From a virus: a stretch of DNA of 64,000 bases. Shown here in pieces: positions 9,381 through 20,119 of the stretch. The DNA lies in the IMG/VR virus record IMGVR_UViG_3300027822_000002. One strand, 5' to 3'. Position numbers and translations under genes: made by a program. The stretch's first letter is position 1; each line of letters opens with the position of its first letter. The notes below the pieces were generated by a model that saw only the letters and a program-made list of their open reading frames with translations, was not told where the DNA came from and made no database searches.

Positions 9381-9746
9381 TTAATATCCCCTAAATTCCC
9401 AATCTAATGTGAAAAGGGGCTTCACCCAGTCCGGACAAGACCCTCTAGCAAACAAAACAATCCCAGTTGCATCCCTATCTCCCCTCAATTCCTCCATGCT
9501 CTTGCCGGTAGTAAGGACATCATCGACAATCAAAAGCCCCGCACCCTCACTCCTATACTCCATTAAAGCATCTGCTAAGGCCAACCCACCCTTAGGAACC
9601 CCCTCAACCTCTGAGAACTGGATAGAATGGGCAATGATAGTGGCAATGCAGTGCCAGTCTTTCGAAGTCAGGGCATCACAATCAATCTTCCATGGCAGTA
9701 CCTGACCAGAAGAGCTTCTGAACCAACCAAGACTGAAAAGATTCAT
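9381..9746 (-). CDS. phosphoribosyltransferase-domain protein
   Basis: Phosphoribosyl pyrophosphate (PRPP)-binding motif GLLIVDDVLTTGKSM. Confidence 0.6.
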   Translation of the reverse strand: MNLFSLGWFRSSSGQVLPWKIDCDALTSKDWHCIATIIAHSIQFSEVEGVPKGGLALADALMEYRSEGAGLLIVDDVLTTGKSMEELRGDRDATGIVLFARGSCPDWVKPLFTLDWEFRGY

Positions 9747-9942
9747 GCGGAGATTCCTTTCTTGATCTTTTTAACCTCAACTCCCAAAGAAAATGCCGCA
9801 GAATTAAGGATCTGTTTGGCATGGGGATCAGACATCTGATCTGACCGCCTATATAACCAAGCTATACAGGCCCTCATAGCCCTTCTGTGGCCGCATTTAT
9901 AGTCGTAGGTCCTCTTTTTAACTATGAAGCCTCTGTCCTTCT

Positions 9943-10322
9943 TCATGCTGGGTTTTCCTCACTCATTATTTCTCTTGCGTCTTCCTTTCTACGGGTGATC
10001 CAGATAGTTTCCTTGGGACCAACAACACTACACGACCCCTGAATTAACCTCTCCAAAAGATAATGTGCCAGTTGAATAGCCTCATCTTCTAATTCCTCAT
10101 GGGTTTTAGGGAATCTTGGATAATTTATAAGCCTCACAACACAACCAGACTCCCTGCCACCAGTATAAATGAATTCTGTCTTCTCAACAGAATAACAAGC
10201 ACCACTCGCTGCTCTAGCCTGCAAAATAGATTTACATTCAGTCATGTCTCCCGAAATGAATATCTCAAAAACAATAGTGGGGGACCTCTTCTCAAGAGTC
10301 GATAAGCTGAATCCAGACATGC
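9943..10322 (-). CDS. hypothetical protein (start trimmed to MSGFSLSTLEK)
   Basis: Upstream part of track ORF 9943..10665 lies in a GC-rich region with non-protein-like composition. Confidence 0.35.
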
Positions 10323-10943
10323 GGGGTTTACCTTCCTTATTATAGCGGCGAGGAGCATCTTTTCTGACACCCCCCGCCTCACCTTGGTTGCAACTTAACG
10401 CCTCGGATTGCCAAGACGACAAGGTTGGATTTTTTCTACAAAATTTTTCGGGGCTTGTCAATTTATTTCTGGCATAAAAAATCCTCGCGCGCTGTTTTGA
10501 ATGTGAAATAGGGTAATCGTTGGTGTGGAATACTATGCGCACGGTGGGAGCGGCGGCCCTGAAATAGGGGGGGTGGGGGGTCTCCCTTGGGCCGGTGTTC
10601 ACGTTTTGTTCTGGCTGGTTTGGGACAGCATTCCGACAGTTGTTCACGGTTTGTTCCAGTCTCACCTACTACATGTGGTATGTCATGCCCCTAATCAGGG
10701 GTCTAACCCCCGTGAAATGGGAGACTACCTACTACATGTTGTGTTTGATGACAGGTTGTCGCACGTATGCGCTACCCGCGACGGTGTCATGGGTGGTGTG
10801 CACGTGTGTGTGATGCGGGGGATGTGAGGGGGGAGATAGATACCACATACAGTGGTGGGGGAACGTTAGTGACCACGGCGGCGGGGCTTAGTATCGCTAT
10901 GTTAACGACCTATTTCCCCGCACTGTGGGGTAATACTTACCCC

Positions 10944-11135
10944 TTAACCTTGAGGAGATAGGCGCTGAAGCCGATCAATCATCTGATGCAGCGCCTTTGA
11001 TGATGTCATTTCATCTCTCGTTACACCTTCATCGTTGGTGTATCTGACACGGTATGTATCTCCATACCTCTCGTGTACGGTTATGCCGTTGTCCTTCAGG
11101 ATGTCTGTGTATTGGTGTATGTTGTCTTTGTACAT
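10944..11135 (-). CDS. hypothetical small protein
   Basis: AGGAGA RBS 7 nt before ATG; protein-like composition. Confidence 0.4.
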   Translation of the reverse strand: MYKDNIHQYTDILKDNGITVHERYGDTYRVRYTNDEGVTRDEMTSSKALHQMIDRLQRLSPQG

Positions 11136-11371
11136 TTGTATGTTCTCCTATTGGTGCGGATGTAGTTGGGGGGTTGGGGATATACCACACATCAGGGGTC
11201 GGACCTGAGTATGCGGCATTCATGCGGGGCTAATCGTGTTGGGAACTATCCAAACGCATTCAGATGAGGCAGTAAGTAGATCGCCATAGGGTAGCAGGAC
11301 ATCCATGGTTTCTGCACTCAATGGATGTGTAGACCACTTGCGAGTTTGTTTGATGTGGATGATATACATAC

Positions 11372-11568
11372 CTAAGCCTCCATACATGGGGTGAGTGGAT
11401 TACAGGGCTTGCTGTAAATATGCATCAACTCCCGCAATATGAATTGGCGTTGCAGCATCTCAATGCGCTTGACCCGCTCAAGGTGATTGCGCTCATCTGC
11501 TAGGCGCTTGCCCGTCAGGCTGCCTATAACAGCAGCCCACAGTACCATCACAATAATAAACAGTTTCA
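11372..11568 (-). CDS. small TM plus coiled-coil protein
   Basis: AGGAGGG RBS; MKLFIIVMVLWAAVIGSL helix. Confidence 0.4.
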
Positions 11569-11585
11569 TAATCTTCCCTCCTAAA

Positions 11586-11610
11586 GAGGATGCGGGGCTT
11601 TCGCCCCACA
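11586..11610 (-). terminator. hairpin GGGGC-GAAA-GCCCC followed by a U-rich run, downstream of the 11623..12240 gene
   Basis: Read directly on the minus strand. Confidence 0.4.
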
Positions 11611-11622
11611 CCCAGTTGGTAG

Positions 11623-12240
11623 TTAAGCCGCTTCGGCTTCGTCTTCGTCGGCAGGATTGTCGAGCTTTTGCTCGGCACATGTCTGATCAGACAAATCCCG
11701 GAGGGATGCCAGCAAGTCAGCTGGTGTCATGCCCTCTTCAAGACGCTCGCTATAGGTGTCATTGACCGTCTGGTCAACGATCCAACCCGGCACCTGATAG
11801 AGGCCAATGCCTTGGGCATTCGGGTTGTCGTGGACCTTGACCTGTGAAAGCGGATAACCGCTCTGGAACACCCGGCGGCCCTTGATCATGTCCTCGCCGA
11901 TATAGGTGGCGATGGTGACCTGCTTGCCAGTTTCACTGGTTGCAATATGCATACCGGGCAGGACAAAGTCCGCTTCGTTGCCGTCTGTAAGCGCTGAATA
12001 CTTCTCCGAGACCTTGCCGCCAACGTGATCAATGGAACCCGGCGAGAACGAGAGTTCTTCACCAGTCTCGACGACGGTACCGATAAGGTAGAAGTCGCCT
12101 TCCTTCCACTTGCTCTCACGTTGGCCACGGATCACCACGGCTGTACCTTCGGCACACTTGGTCCCGCCACCATTACGCTTGGATTTGCGCAGGTTCTTGT
12201 TGACACGACCATTGAACGGAAATTTGATTTTGTCTGACAT
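11623..12240 (-). CDS. hypothetical protein (start MSDKIKFPFNGR, AAGGAGA RBS)
   Basis: Internal start with a strong RBS; the N-terminal 43 codons of the track ORF are probably not translated. Confidence 0.5.
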   Translation of the reverse strand: MSDKIKFPFNGRVNKNLRKSKRNGGGTKCAEGTAVVIRGQRESKWKEGDFYLIGTVVETGEELSFSPGSIDHVGGKVSEKYSALTDGNEADFVLPGMHIATSETGKQVTIATYIGEDMIKGRRVFQSGYPLSQVKVHDNPNAQGIGLYQVPGWIVDQTVNDTYSERLEEGMTPADLLASLRDLSDQTCAEQKLDNPADEDEAEAA

Positions 12241-12561
12241 GATAGTCTCCTTTGATCCCCTAAAGGGGCTTGATTGGCGGGCTGATTGCCGCCGACCACT
12301 CCAATCATCCAGATTAATGTGGCAGGATTGAGACTGGATTTGGGAATCTTCAAGGTGATATTGTGGCAAGAATGTGGCAGCGGTCAGCTTTCAGGGAAAG
12401 CTGGCGACCCACACGAAAACTGTCGAGCATACGCGGGTGATGTGCGCGCAGTACGCGTATAGGAGCGCGTATATACCCGCATACCTTCATGCGCAACTAT
12501 GGGTGAAGCTGGGGACTAGAGCATCCTATTTAAATCAGTTTGAATGAAGAATGGGTGCGGG

Positions 12562-12587
12562 GCTTGAGAAAGAATGCGTTAGCATTC
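12562..12587 (-). terminator. hairpin AGAATGC-GTTA-GCATTCT followed by a U-rich run
   Basis: Perfect 7 bp inverted repeat 10 nt after the stop codon of 12597..12785. Confidence 0.4.
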
Positions 12588-12596
12588 TGCATGAGA

Positions 12597-12785
12597 TCAC
12601 TTCGATCTCCACCAATCAGCTATATCCTGACAGGTGTATTCAACAATCAATGCCAAAGCCAATGGCCATAAAGGCAGAAACATTAGGCAGAAGATAATGC
12701 TTGAGGAGCGCTTCTTTTCTTTCTCCCTCTGCCATCTGAATCTATCTTGCTGGGCCTTATATTCTTCCCATTCATGATCGATCAT
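12597..12785 (-). CDS. small membrane protein
   Basis: Hydrophobic core FCLMFLPLWPLALALIV. Confidence 0.35.
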   Translation of the reverse strand: MIDHEWEEYKAQQDRFRWQREKEKKRSSSIIFCLMFLPLWPLALALIVEYTCQDIADWWRSK

Positions 12786-12913
12786 TCATCTGTCTCCGAT
12801 GCTCTGGTATAGCTAAGAAGAAGTTCTTCAGAGATTTCCAGAAGCTGCTTGATCCAATGTATATCAATCCCCCAAATAACTTTGTGTAGAACACATGAGT
12901 GCCCCCAACATAT

Positions 12914-13450
12914 TTATACATCTTCTTCCCTTTCAGTTAGCTCATTGACATTTATATTTATTCCTAAATCAGACAGCCTCTCGCTAAGCTCCGCAGCAAG
13001 CTCAACAGCAGTCTCATGCTTTATAATCTCTTCGTTTGGCTTAGTTATGCCGATTGCTTTACCAATCTCCCTTAAGGCACTCACTCTAGCCGATGAGGTA
13101 TCTCCGTTGTCAGCTTCCTTCCAAATACTCTCATACCATCTCTCATGGCTGCGGTATTGTATCTCCTTCAGTCTTTTCTCTTTATTATCAATGAGTTCCT
13201 TGATTCTGGCATCAATGTGTGGCTTGTGCCTTAACTCTGAGGCTTTCACCGAGACTGCCGAGTCTGCCATGGAGGTATTGTAGGCTGATCGGTATGCCTC
13301 AAGTTGAGTGGCACCTGATGTGATGTGCTTACAGAACATCTCTTGACACTCAGTCAGGCCACTTGTCACCACTAGTGTTTTGGAAGCAGGGTTCTTGTCT
13401 TCTACTAGCATATCATCCGGGGTTTTTAGGGTTGTGCGGGGCTTAGTCAC
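12914..13450 (-). CDS. terminase small subunit (Terminase_2-like)
   Basis: LTECQEMFCKHITSGATQLEAYRSAYNTSMADSAVSVKASELRHKPHIDARIKEL fits the TerS helix-turn-helix consensus. Confidence 0.55.
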   Translation of the reverse strand: MTKPRTTLKTPDDMLVEDKNPASKTLVVTSGLTECQEMFCKHITSGATQLEAYRSAYNTSMADSAVSVKASELRHKPHIDARIKELIDNKEKRLKEIQYRSHERWYESIWKEADNGDTSSARVSALREIGKAIGITKPNEEIIKHETAVELAAELSERLSDLGININVNELTEREEDV

Positions 13451-13609
13451 GTGAAAAGACCATAACTAAGGTGAAATAAGCTAAAACAACGTGAAACAGG
13501 TTAAATTCCATAAGTGCCTCCATCTAATGTCAGTATATCAGATGCTTAGACAATTGACAGGCGTGGGCGGTCATTTTTTCGCCATATTTGGCTGGCAGGA
13601 TCGACAGGC

Positions 13610-13945
13610 TTGCAGCAGCCCCCACATGTTTCAAAGTGCTCTTCCCTCCCTGAGCGAAGCATGTGGGGGCACCCAACCAAGGAGACAACCATGCCAAAGG
13701 AAGATCATACTATCGTCATAGTCGAAAACTATTGGGAAGGGTATCTCCATTCCATAGCTTGGTTTGGCGCTTTGGTGGCCATGATCATCTTTGCTGTCTA
13801 CATTGAATCCTCAGCAATGCAGTGGATCATGGGTATCATGTGGTTTCTGGCAATGATCACATGGGTTGTAAATCTCAACAAGAAGATCAGAATGACGCTT
13901 GATGAAGCGGCTGCAAAGATTGAGGAGCTTAAGAAGGAGAAGTAA
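13610..13945 (+). CDS. membrane protein
   Basis: Two hydrophobic helices. Confidence 0.4.
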   Translation: MQQPPHVSKCSSLPERSMWGHPTKETTMPKEDHTIVIVENYWEGYLHSIAWFGALVAMIIFAVYIESSAMQWIMGIMWFLAMITWVVNLNKKIRMTLDEAAAKIEELKKEK

Positions 13946-14120
13946 GATGAAACACCTGTAGAACTCCCCAAAACACAACAGATACATAATTTAGTGGAAT
14001 GCCGCATTACGACCAAACCCATCAGAGGACTGTAAGGATCGTAAATGGGTCCGGAGGTCATTTATAACTATGTATAGCGCATGACTGGTCGCGTCGGTAG
14101 GTTTTTACATGATGTGAGGG

Positions 14121-14363
14121 TTGCATCATCTTGGTATTGAGGGAGACTCAATGCTGGGGGACTGTGAACAGGAGATGTTCAGTGAACCAGTCCCCCTTAA
14201 CAAGGAGATTGACATGAAGTACATCCCATACGTTCTTGCGTTTGCCGGCTCCGCAGTTCTTGGGTGGCAAATGGCACCACTCAGTTCAGACCAATTCATT
14301 ATAGGTGCAATTGGCTACTTCTTTGCATTAGTTGGATATGGAATGCTTTGGAGGAGGTCATGA
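14121..14363 (+). CDS. small membrane protein
   Basis: TM helices; ATGA-coupled to the next gene. Confidence 0.4.
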   Translation: MHHLGIEGDSMLGDCEQEMFSEPVPLNKEIDMKYIPYVLAFAGSAVLGWQMAPLSSDQFIIGAIGYFFALVGYGMLWRRS

Positions 14364-14515
14364 AGGTATTGTCTCTGTTAATGATGGTCATAGCTGGTGG
14401 CGGCATCGGTTGGATGTCCTCAAAGGTTGGCATGAAAGAAAATGGATGGATCATCTTTCTTCTCTTTTTCTTGGGTATTTTCGGGACAATGCTCAGGTGC
14501 TTAGCACATGTCTAA
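14360..14515 (+). CDS. small 2-TM protein (start trimmed to MKVLSLLMMVIAGG, GGAGG RBS)
   Basis: RBS plus ATGA overlap. Confidence 0.35.
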   Translation: MKVLSLLMMVIAGGGIGWMSSKVGMKENGWIIFLLFFLGIFGTMLRCLAHV

Positions 14516-14722
14516 GGGATACGCAATCAAACAGGGCGATGAGATCAACATGAAGACTGTTGGTCCAACCAAAATATCCGCCATTGTCAATGGGATATGT
14601 GTTTTGGGTGGAGTTATGGCAATGCGAGACTGGAGTGACAAGGATATCCTCCATGTGTGGGCACAGCTTGTCCCCCAACTGTCTCCCGAACCAGAAGTTA
14701 TTAAAGTGGAGGTTAAGGAATT

Positions 14723-15010
14723 ATGAAGGATGAAAAGATGGATTCAAGATATAAACAAGCAAAAGAGATGTATGACGGACTCCCCACACACATAAAAGAA
14801 GATGTGGTGGATGCGGGGCTTTGGGCTCGCGACACTCTCATGAGGGAGGAGGGTGAGGGACATATCATAAATGTCACCGCGAATGACAAACGAGAGTGTT
14901 CCTGCTCTTTTGCAAAACCAGAATGGGGTGGGGATCACTCTGGACCCTATATGGAACTTGCATCAGAAGCCATAGTTATGGCTGTATGCACCTACCTGAA
15001 CGGAATGTAA
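14723..15010 (+). CDS. hypothetical protein
   Basis: ORF. Confidence 0.4.
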   Translation: MKDEKMDSRYKQAKEMYDGLPTHIKEDVVDAGLWARDTLMREEGEGHIINVTANDKRECSCSFAKPEWGGDHSGPYMELASEAIVMAVCTYLNGM

Positions 15011-15454
15011 CGTGATAAAACTCAATGACTCAATGCACACTGCCACCCACAATTTCCTTGTCGCTGAAGGAACCATCAGTCCTGTGATTATCTACCGGTC
15101 TGACGGAAAACCAATCAAAGCTGACAGCATGTGGGCCGCGACAGGTTGGCTCAAAGCCAACGGCTACTACGATGATCCAACAAAATCCCATTCGATTGAA
15201 ACTATCTGAGAAAGAATCCCTGATTCTGGATGCGAATGAAATGAGCACCGCTGTAGCAATATTCCTTCTAGTAGGCTCCGCATTTCTCTTTATGGTTAGC
15301 GGCTCCCTCTACAACGAGAAAGACATCTATAGCGGTGGTAACTCTTTTCTGATGGCCTCAATTATTATGGCATTGGGGATTCTAATCCTCATAACCCTAT
15401 GAAGGAAAATACCATGCCTGAACATCAAGTCAATGAGGGAATGTCCATGCTTAT

Positions 15455-15733
15455 GTGGTGGGGTTCTGTCACTTGGGTTGGATTTGTTTGTGCGGGGCTT
15501 GTCTTCGTTGCGGTGATGTTTTGGAGGAGTTTGTGAGGCTCATTAAAGCAATGAAGATGGCTGCATTATCTGTAGTGACTGTTGCCGCTTGTGCAATCCC
15601 AATCATTCTGATCGGGTGGTTCGCGGCCTTCATGGGGAACAAATATGGGATGCTGGTCGCGGTCATGATTTTATGCTTCTCGGCATATCCGTTCCTAGTT
15701 GGTGTGTGCCTCATCACTATGGATGATAAATAG
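15455..15733 (+). CDS. multi-TM small membrane protein
   Basis: Hydrophobic helices. Confidence 0.4.
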   Translation: MVGFCHLGWICLCGACLRCGDVLEEFVRLIKAMKMAALSVVTVAACAIPIILIGWFAAFMGNKYGMLVAVMILCFSAYPFLVGVCLITMDDK

Positions 15734-16276
15734 ATCCGCGTGGGCTGCCAAAATTCCGCCGCATTCGACTGCCATTATGGAAAATAGACGGCAAGAACAA
15801 GGAGGCACGACTATGCTGCTGCGAGTTCAGTTATATGACGAAATCCCATCTTTTGGGAGTGGTCATCGAATTGTGAGAGTAGAGAAAAAGGGGTGGAAAT
15901 GGGTTCACTTGAGATGCCCTGCAAACAACAAGAGAGCAAAGATTTCAAGAGCCCAATGGAATCTTATTGAAAGGAAGGCAAAAGAGAATGTCAGAACCAA
16001 CCGACAAGGAAATGAAAAAATTTCAAGAAGACGGCAACAAGGTGGCCAGAAAACTAGCACAAGCTCTCAAAGAGCTTTGTGACGAAGATAACTCCATAGA
16101 TTCAACCAGCGTTATTGGTGGCTCTATCATGTTTGCATGTGGAGTTGGTATTGCAACCGAGAGATATGACAAAGAAAAGTTTCTTGGCGGATGCAGTATC
16201 GGATGGGAGCTTGTTGAAGGAAGAGTAGAGCAGGTGACCGAAGATAAAGAATCCCACACACTCAATTGAGGTCATT

Positions 16277-16660
16277 ATGGCAGATGTGAGAAAAATATCA
16301 GACATTGTCAATGCTGTCACTATTGAAGCTCAGAAGAAGATGGTTGAGATAGGGGCGGATTATGCGGAGCTTAGTTGCGCGATCTCAATTGTTAATGCTG
16401 CAATCTTCTCGAACGTGGCCATTGATACATCCGACAAAAAATTCATTGAACAATGCTTGGCAGCAAGGAGCTTGTTCGACAAATATTTCAAATCAGTACG
16501 ACTGGTTGGAAGTGTGGATGAGGCATTGAATTATGCCGATAGCGTTTCTGACATGGGTTCCAGAGAATTGGCAGAGAAGCTTTCAGAGGAGTCTGATGGC
16601 AAGATGATAAGAGTTGGAAAGTCCATTGAAGACCTTTTCAAGGGAGACAAATATGAGTGA
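16277..16660 (+). CDS. hypothetical protein
   Basis: ORF. Confidence 0.4.
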   Translation: MADVRKISDIVNAVTIEAQKKMVEIGADYAELSCAISIVNAAIFSNVAIDTSDKKFIEQCLAARSLFDKYFKSVRLVGSVDEALNYADSVSDMGSRELAEKLSEESDGKMIRVGKSIEDLFKGDKYE

Positions 16661-16928
16661 TATAGACCGGAAAAAGATGCTTGAGATTGCCAACGCAATA
16701 AGTCAAGCAGGAGGTGATAAAGCCAATGAGGTTGGGGCCTTGAGTGGCGAATTGATTGGGGCTCTTGGCATCAATACTGCAACATATTTTGCCAAATCTG
16801 CGGAAGAGTTTGGAACAGATCACGGCAAGGAAGAGTTCATGTCGTTCATGGAGTCGTGTTGGGATGCCTCTATAGCAACAGACGAGGAGGGCGGAATTAC
16901 CGTCGTAAGAGATGATAACGTTCATTGA
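16614..16928 (+). CDS. hypothetical protein
   Basis: ORF. Confidence 0.4.
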   Translation: MESPLKTFSRETNMSDIDRKKMLEIANAISQAGGDKANEVGALSGELIGALGINTATYFAKSAEEFGTDHGKEEFMSFMESCWDASIATDEEGGITVVRDDNVH

Positions 16929-17141
16929 TAATGGAGAAGAAATAACCCTGATTGGTGTTGGAGACAAGCGCCAAATTGTTGGGGAAGAAGACATCGTAAC
17001 CTATCTTCATGATGGGGACGCTGTAATGAAGATGCGGGACACACTAGAGGGGCGTGAATACAGCCTGTCTTATGTGGGCAACTTCGAAGACGGAAAGCCA
17101 GTCTGGCAAGATTTTATAATCTGGGAATAAGGAAAAACGAA

Positions 17142-18344
17142 ATGCTTTCAGATAAATTGAAGAAGATGGACCCCGCTCTTAAAGACACCTTGAAGGTGGT
17201 TCTGCAAACGGGTGCCAAGGTCAACAACATCGAGGAAGAGGTTGAGGAACTAGAACAGCGAGTGAGAACTGCTGAAGACAACACTGCTAAGGCAAAAGAA
17301 GATTTGAAAGCCAAATCTTTTGCTCCCCTTGTTCTGAATATCGACAAGTCCCTTTCCAAGATTCCCACAGCTGGAGAGTTCCCTGAAGGAAATATGGTCA
17401 CCAAGAAGGCTGCCGAAGTGTTTGGGTTCACGGAACTTGACTTTGATATTCCCTTTTGGGAGTGGAAAACGCCGCATCCTCTAGTCCCCAAAATCGAAGA
17501 GGGGTATGAATTCAACGTTGGACATCTCCGCAGCATTCTCTATGCTCTGGTGTTCAACATTCCACAGTGGTTGGTTGGCCATACCGGAACCGGCAAAACC
17601 ACTCACGTCCTTCAGATCCTTGCAAGAATGAACTGGCCATGTATCCGGGCAAACTTTGATTCCGAGCTGACTCGTATGGAGGTGATCGGCAAAGAAACCC
17701 TCATCACCGATGCTTCAGGAAACACTGTAACAAAGTTCTCTGAAACAATTCTTCCTATGGCAATGCGGCATGGGTTTGTTTTTCTCGGAGATGAGTGGGA
17801 CTGCATCCGACCAGATGTTGCCTATGTCTTCCAGCCCGTTCTTGAGGGTGGAAATCTTGTGATCATGGAAGACAACGCCAGAGTCGTTGAACGGCATCCA
17901 ATGTTCCGCATTGTTGCTACTGGCAACACAAAAGGTCAGGGTGATGAAAGCGGAATCTATAACGGCACTCGTCCCCAATCAGGCGCTTCCATGGATCGCT
18001 TCCCGGTCATGATTGAATTTGACTACATGACCAAAAAAGAGGTTGGCAGCATTCTCAGCAAGAAGTTTGAATCTGTTGATGAGGATGTTGTTGAGAACCT
18101 CACGAAGTTTGCCCACGAATACTGGATCGCATTCCAGAATGCCCAGCTAACTACTCCTCTTACCCTTCGGGGATTGGAGAATGTTCTGGAGATGTACAGG
18201 TTCTTCCGGTCTTCAGGTATGGCAAAGAAAGACTCGATCAGAGTTTCTGTGTTGAATACCTGTGTGTCTAAGGCTAACAAGGTCGAAAACCAAGTCATCA
18301 ATGGCCTTACTGATCGGACAGTTCTGAGTGGAGGTGTGAAGTAA
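17142..18344 (+). CDS. cobS: AAA+ ATPase, CobS/MoxR-like
   Basis: Walker A GHTGTGKTT; Walker B FLGDEWD; followed by a von Willebrand factor A (vWA) gene, as in phage cobS-cobT pairs. Confidence 0.75.
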   Translation: MLSDKLKKMDPALKDTLKVVLQTGAKVNNIEEEVEELEQRVRTAEDNTAKAKEDLKAKSFAPLVLNIDKSLSKIPTAGEFPEGNMVTKKAAEVFGFTELDFDIPFWEWKTPHPLVPKIEEGYEFNVGHLRSILYALVFNIPQWLVGHTGTGKTTHVLQILARMNWPCIRANFDSELTRMEVIGKETLITDASGNTVTKFSETILPMAMRHGFVFLGDEWDCIRPDVAYVFQPVLEGGNLVIMEDNARVVERHPMFRIVATGNTKGQGDESGIYNGTRPQSGASMDRFPVMIEFDYMTKKEVGSILSKKFESVDEDVVENLTKFAHEYWIAFQNAQLTTPLTLRGLENVLEMYRFFRSSGMAKKDSIRVSVLNTCVSKANKVENQVINGLTDRTVLSGGVK

Positions 18345-20119
18345 TGGTGGAGAAAAGCGGTGCTAAGCTCGTTAGCGAGATGGCCGGAACGACTAAAATA
18401 TTTGGTCGAGATGACAAGCTGGCAGTTGTCTTTTCCGGAAAGCGAGCCTCTTCAAAGAAGGGGCTCGTTGTTCTGCCAGATATTTCTGAGACAGAGGTGA
18501 CGCCTAAACAATCAGCGTTGATGCGGGGCTTTGTCGATCAGGAAAGCGGTTATGTCAAACACTCTGATCTCGGAGAAATTGATCGTTTATCGGAGGTTAA
18601 CCCTCTGAAAGCAGCGGTGCTGAAGGGTATTGAGGACGTCAGGATCACTCAAAAGCGGCAGCAAGAATACATGGGATCGAGAAGAAACCTGTCAGAGCTT
18701 TTGAACTCAACGGCCAAGTCCTTCAAGAAAAACTTCAAGGCCGACGAGGATGCAGACTGGAAAGAATCCCTTCCATTTGCCATCTCTCTTTTGGGTAGAG
18801 ACCTCCCCGGTATTGATGCTGATCTCGACGGCATTAGAGAGAAACTACCAGAGGAGACTGTAAAGAAATTCGATGATTTCAGATCGAAAATACAGACTTC
18901 GTCTTCTTTTGAAGAATCTCTGGAGATTGCCAGCGAACTAATTGACACACCAGATGAAGAAAGTGAGAGTGAAGATAGCAAGGGCGAAGGGGACAACGAT
19001 GATGCGGAATCCGAGCGGGGCAAAGAAGCCTACGAAAAAATGACAAAAATGAATTCGGAAGAAATCAACAAACTGGAACTATCTACCGCCGACAATTATG
19101 GCAAAGAAATCTATGATATTGATGAGTTCATCTATGCCTCGGACGCCTATGGCATAACTCCACATGAAAAAATCAAATGCGAAGATGCCATAGGAGCAAT
19201 CAACAACTTCAAAAGGATAAGTTCCTCCGATTATCAAACCGCAGTTACAGGAAAGATATCCTCCGTGGTTATGGTTGCCAAAAAGAAGTTGGAGTATCTT
19301 CTGTTCTCAAAGATAGACAGAAATTGGCTTTCAGCTCAGCCAGAGGGCAGGCTTGACAACAAGAGGGTTGCATCTGTCCCAACTGGGAACAGGCTAGTGT
19401 TCAAAACAAGAGCTCCTCGAAAGGAAGTTGACACTGCTGTTATGGTATTGGTTGATCTCTCAGGATCAATGCATGGGCGTAAAGTTGAAGTTGCTCAACA
19501 ATGTGCGTTGGTTTTCTCAGAATGCCTAAACAAATGTGGAGTGAACTTTTCTATATGTGGGTTTAACGACCCACATGAAGGCTATTATTTCAAAAATGTG
19601 GATGATGTTCACCCATATCATCGAGCAGAACTTGGTGCAAGTAAGTGTGAAGATATGTGCAGAAGCAGAGGTGGAGAAAACAGCATACGCAGCAACATGT
19701 CTTACGACTACAGCTTAGGAAAAACAAGAAGATATCATGCTGGTCATCTTTATGTCTACAAGAGTTTTCAAGACAAATACATTCAAGTCAGAAAGAGTAT
19801 TCTGGCAATGGAACACCATTGCGGGGGCAACAACTATGATTGCTCCGCCCTTCACCATTCCTATCATATGTTGAAGAAGCAACAAGAAAGAAAGAAGGTG
19901 ATGTTTGTTCTTTCGGATGGACAGCCATCGTCTTGGTCAGAGGCTTACCACCCTACAGAAGAAAAGATCAAGGAGATTGAGGCGGATAAGTCTGTCATTT
20001 TGATGGGTATTGGTATCCTCCACAACACTGCTGAGATGTATAAAAATCACACAGTTGTCAAAAGTGTTGATGATTTAGGAAACAGATGTTTTGAAACGTT
20101 AGCAGCACAACTGTCTTAG
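18344..20119 (+). CDS. cobT: vWA-domain protein, CobT-like
   Basis: Metal ion-dependent adhesion site (MIDAS) motif VLVDLSGSM; acidic linker; ATGA overlap with cobS. Confidence 0.65.
   Translation: MVEKSGAKLVSEMAGTTKIFGRDDKLAVVFSGKRASSKKGLVVLPDISETEVTPKQSALMRGFVDQESGYVKHSDLGEIDRLSEVNPLKAAVLKGIEDVRITQKRQQEYMGSRRNLSELLNSTAKSFKKNFKADEDADWKESLPFAISLLGRDLPGIDADLDGIREKLPEETVKKFDDFRSKIQTSSSFEESLEIASELIDTPDEESESEDSKGEGDNDDAESERGKEAYEKMTKMNSEEINKLELSTADNYGKEIYDIDEFIYASDAYGITPHEKIKCEDAIGAINNFKRISSSDYQTAVTGKISSVVMVAKKKLEYLLFSKIDRNWLSAQPEGRLDNKRVASVPTGNRLVFKTRAPRKEVDTAVMVLVDLSGSMHGRKVEVAQQCALVFSECLNKCGVNFSICGFNDPHEGYYFKNVDDVHPYHRAELGASKCEDMCRSRGGENSIRSNMSYDYSLGKTRRYHAGHLYVYKSFQDKYIQVRKSILAMEHHCGGNNYDCSALHHSYHMLKKQQERKKVMFVLSDGQPSSWSEAYHPTEEKIKEIEADKSVILMGIGILHNTAEMYKNHTVVKSVDDLGNRCFETLAAQLS

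Noticed and set aside
10590-10750. Possible CRISPR array in the repeat-containing GC-rich island
   Set aside because: The repeats are short (12-15 nt) and imperfect, with irregular 45-60 nt spacing and only two copies each. This is not a regular repeat-spacer architecture, and no cas genes are present.
10525-10961. ORFs 10525..10827, 10595..10813, 10767..10961, 11029..11223 and the N-terminal extension of 9943..10665
   Set aside because: Trp/His/Cys/Gly-rich translations of a GC-rich repeat region. No RBS, mutually overlapping on both strands.
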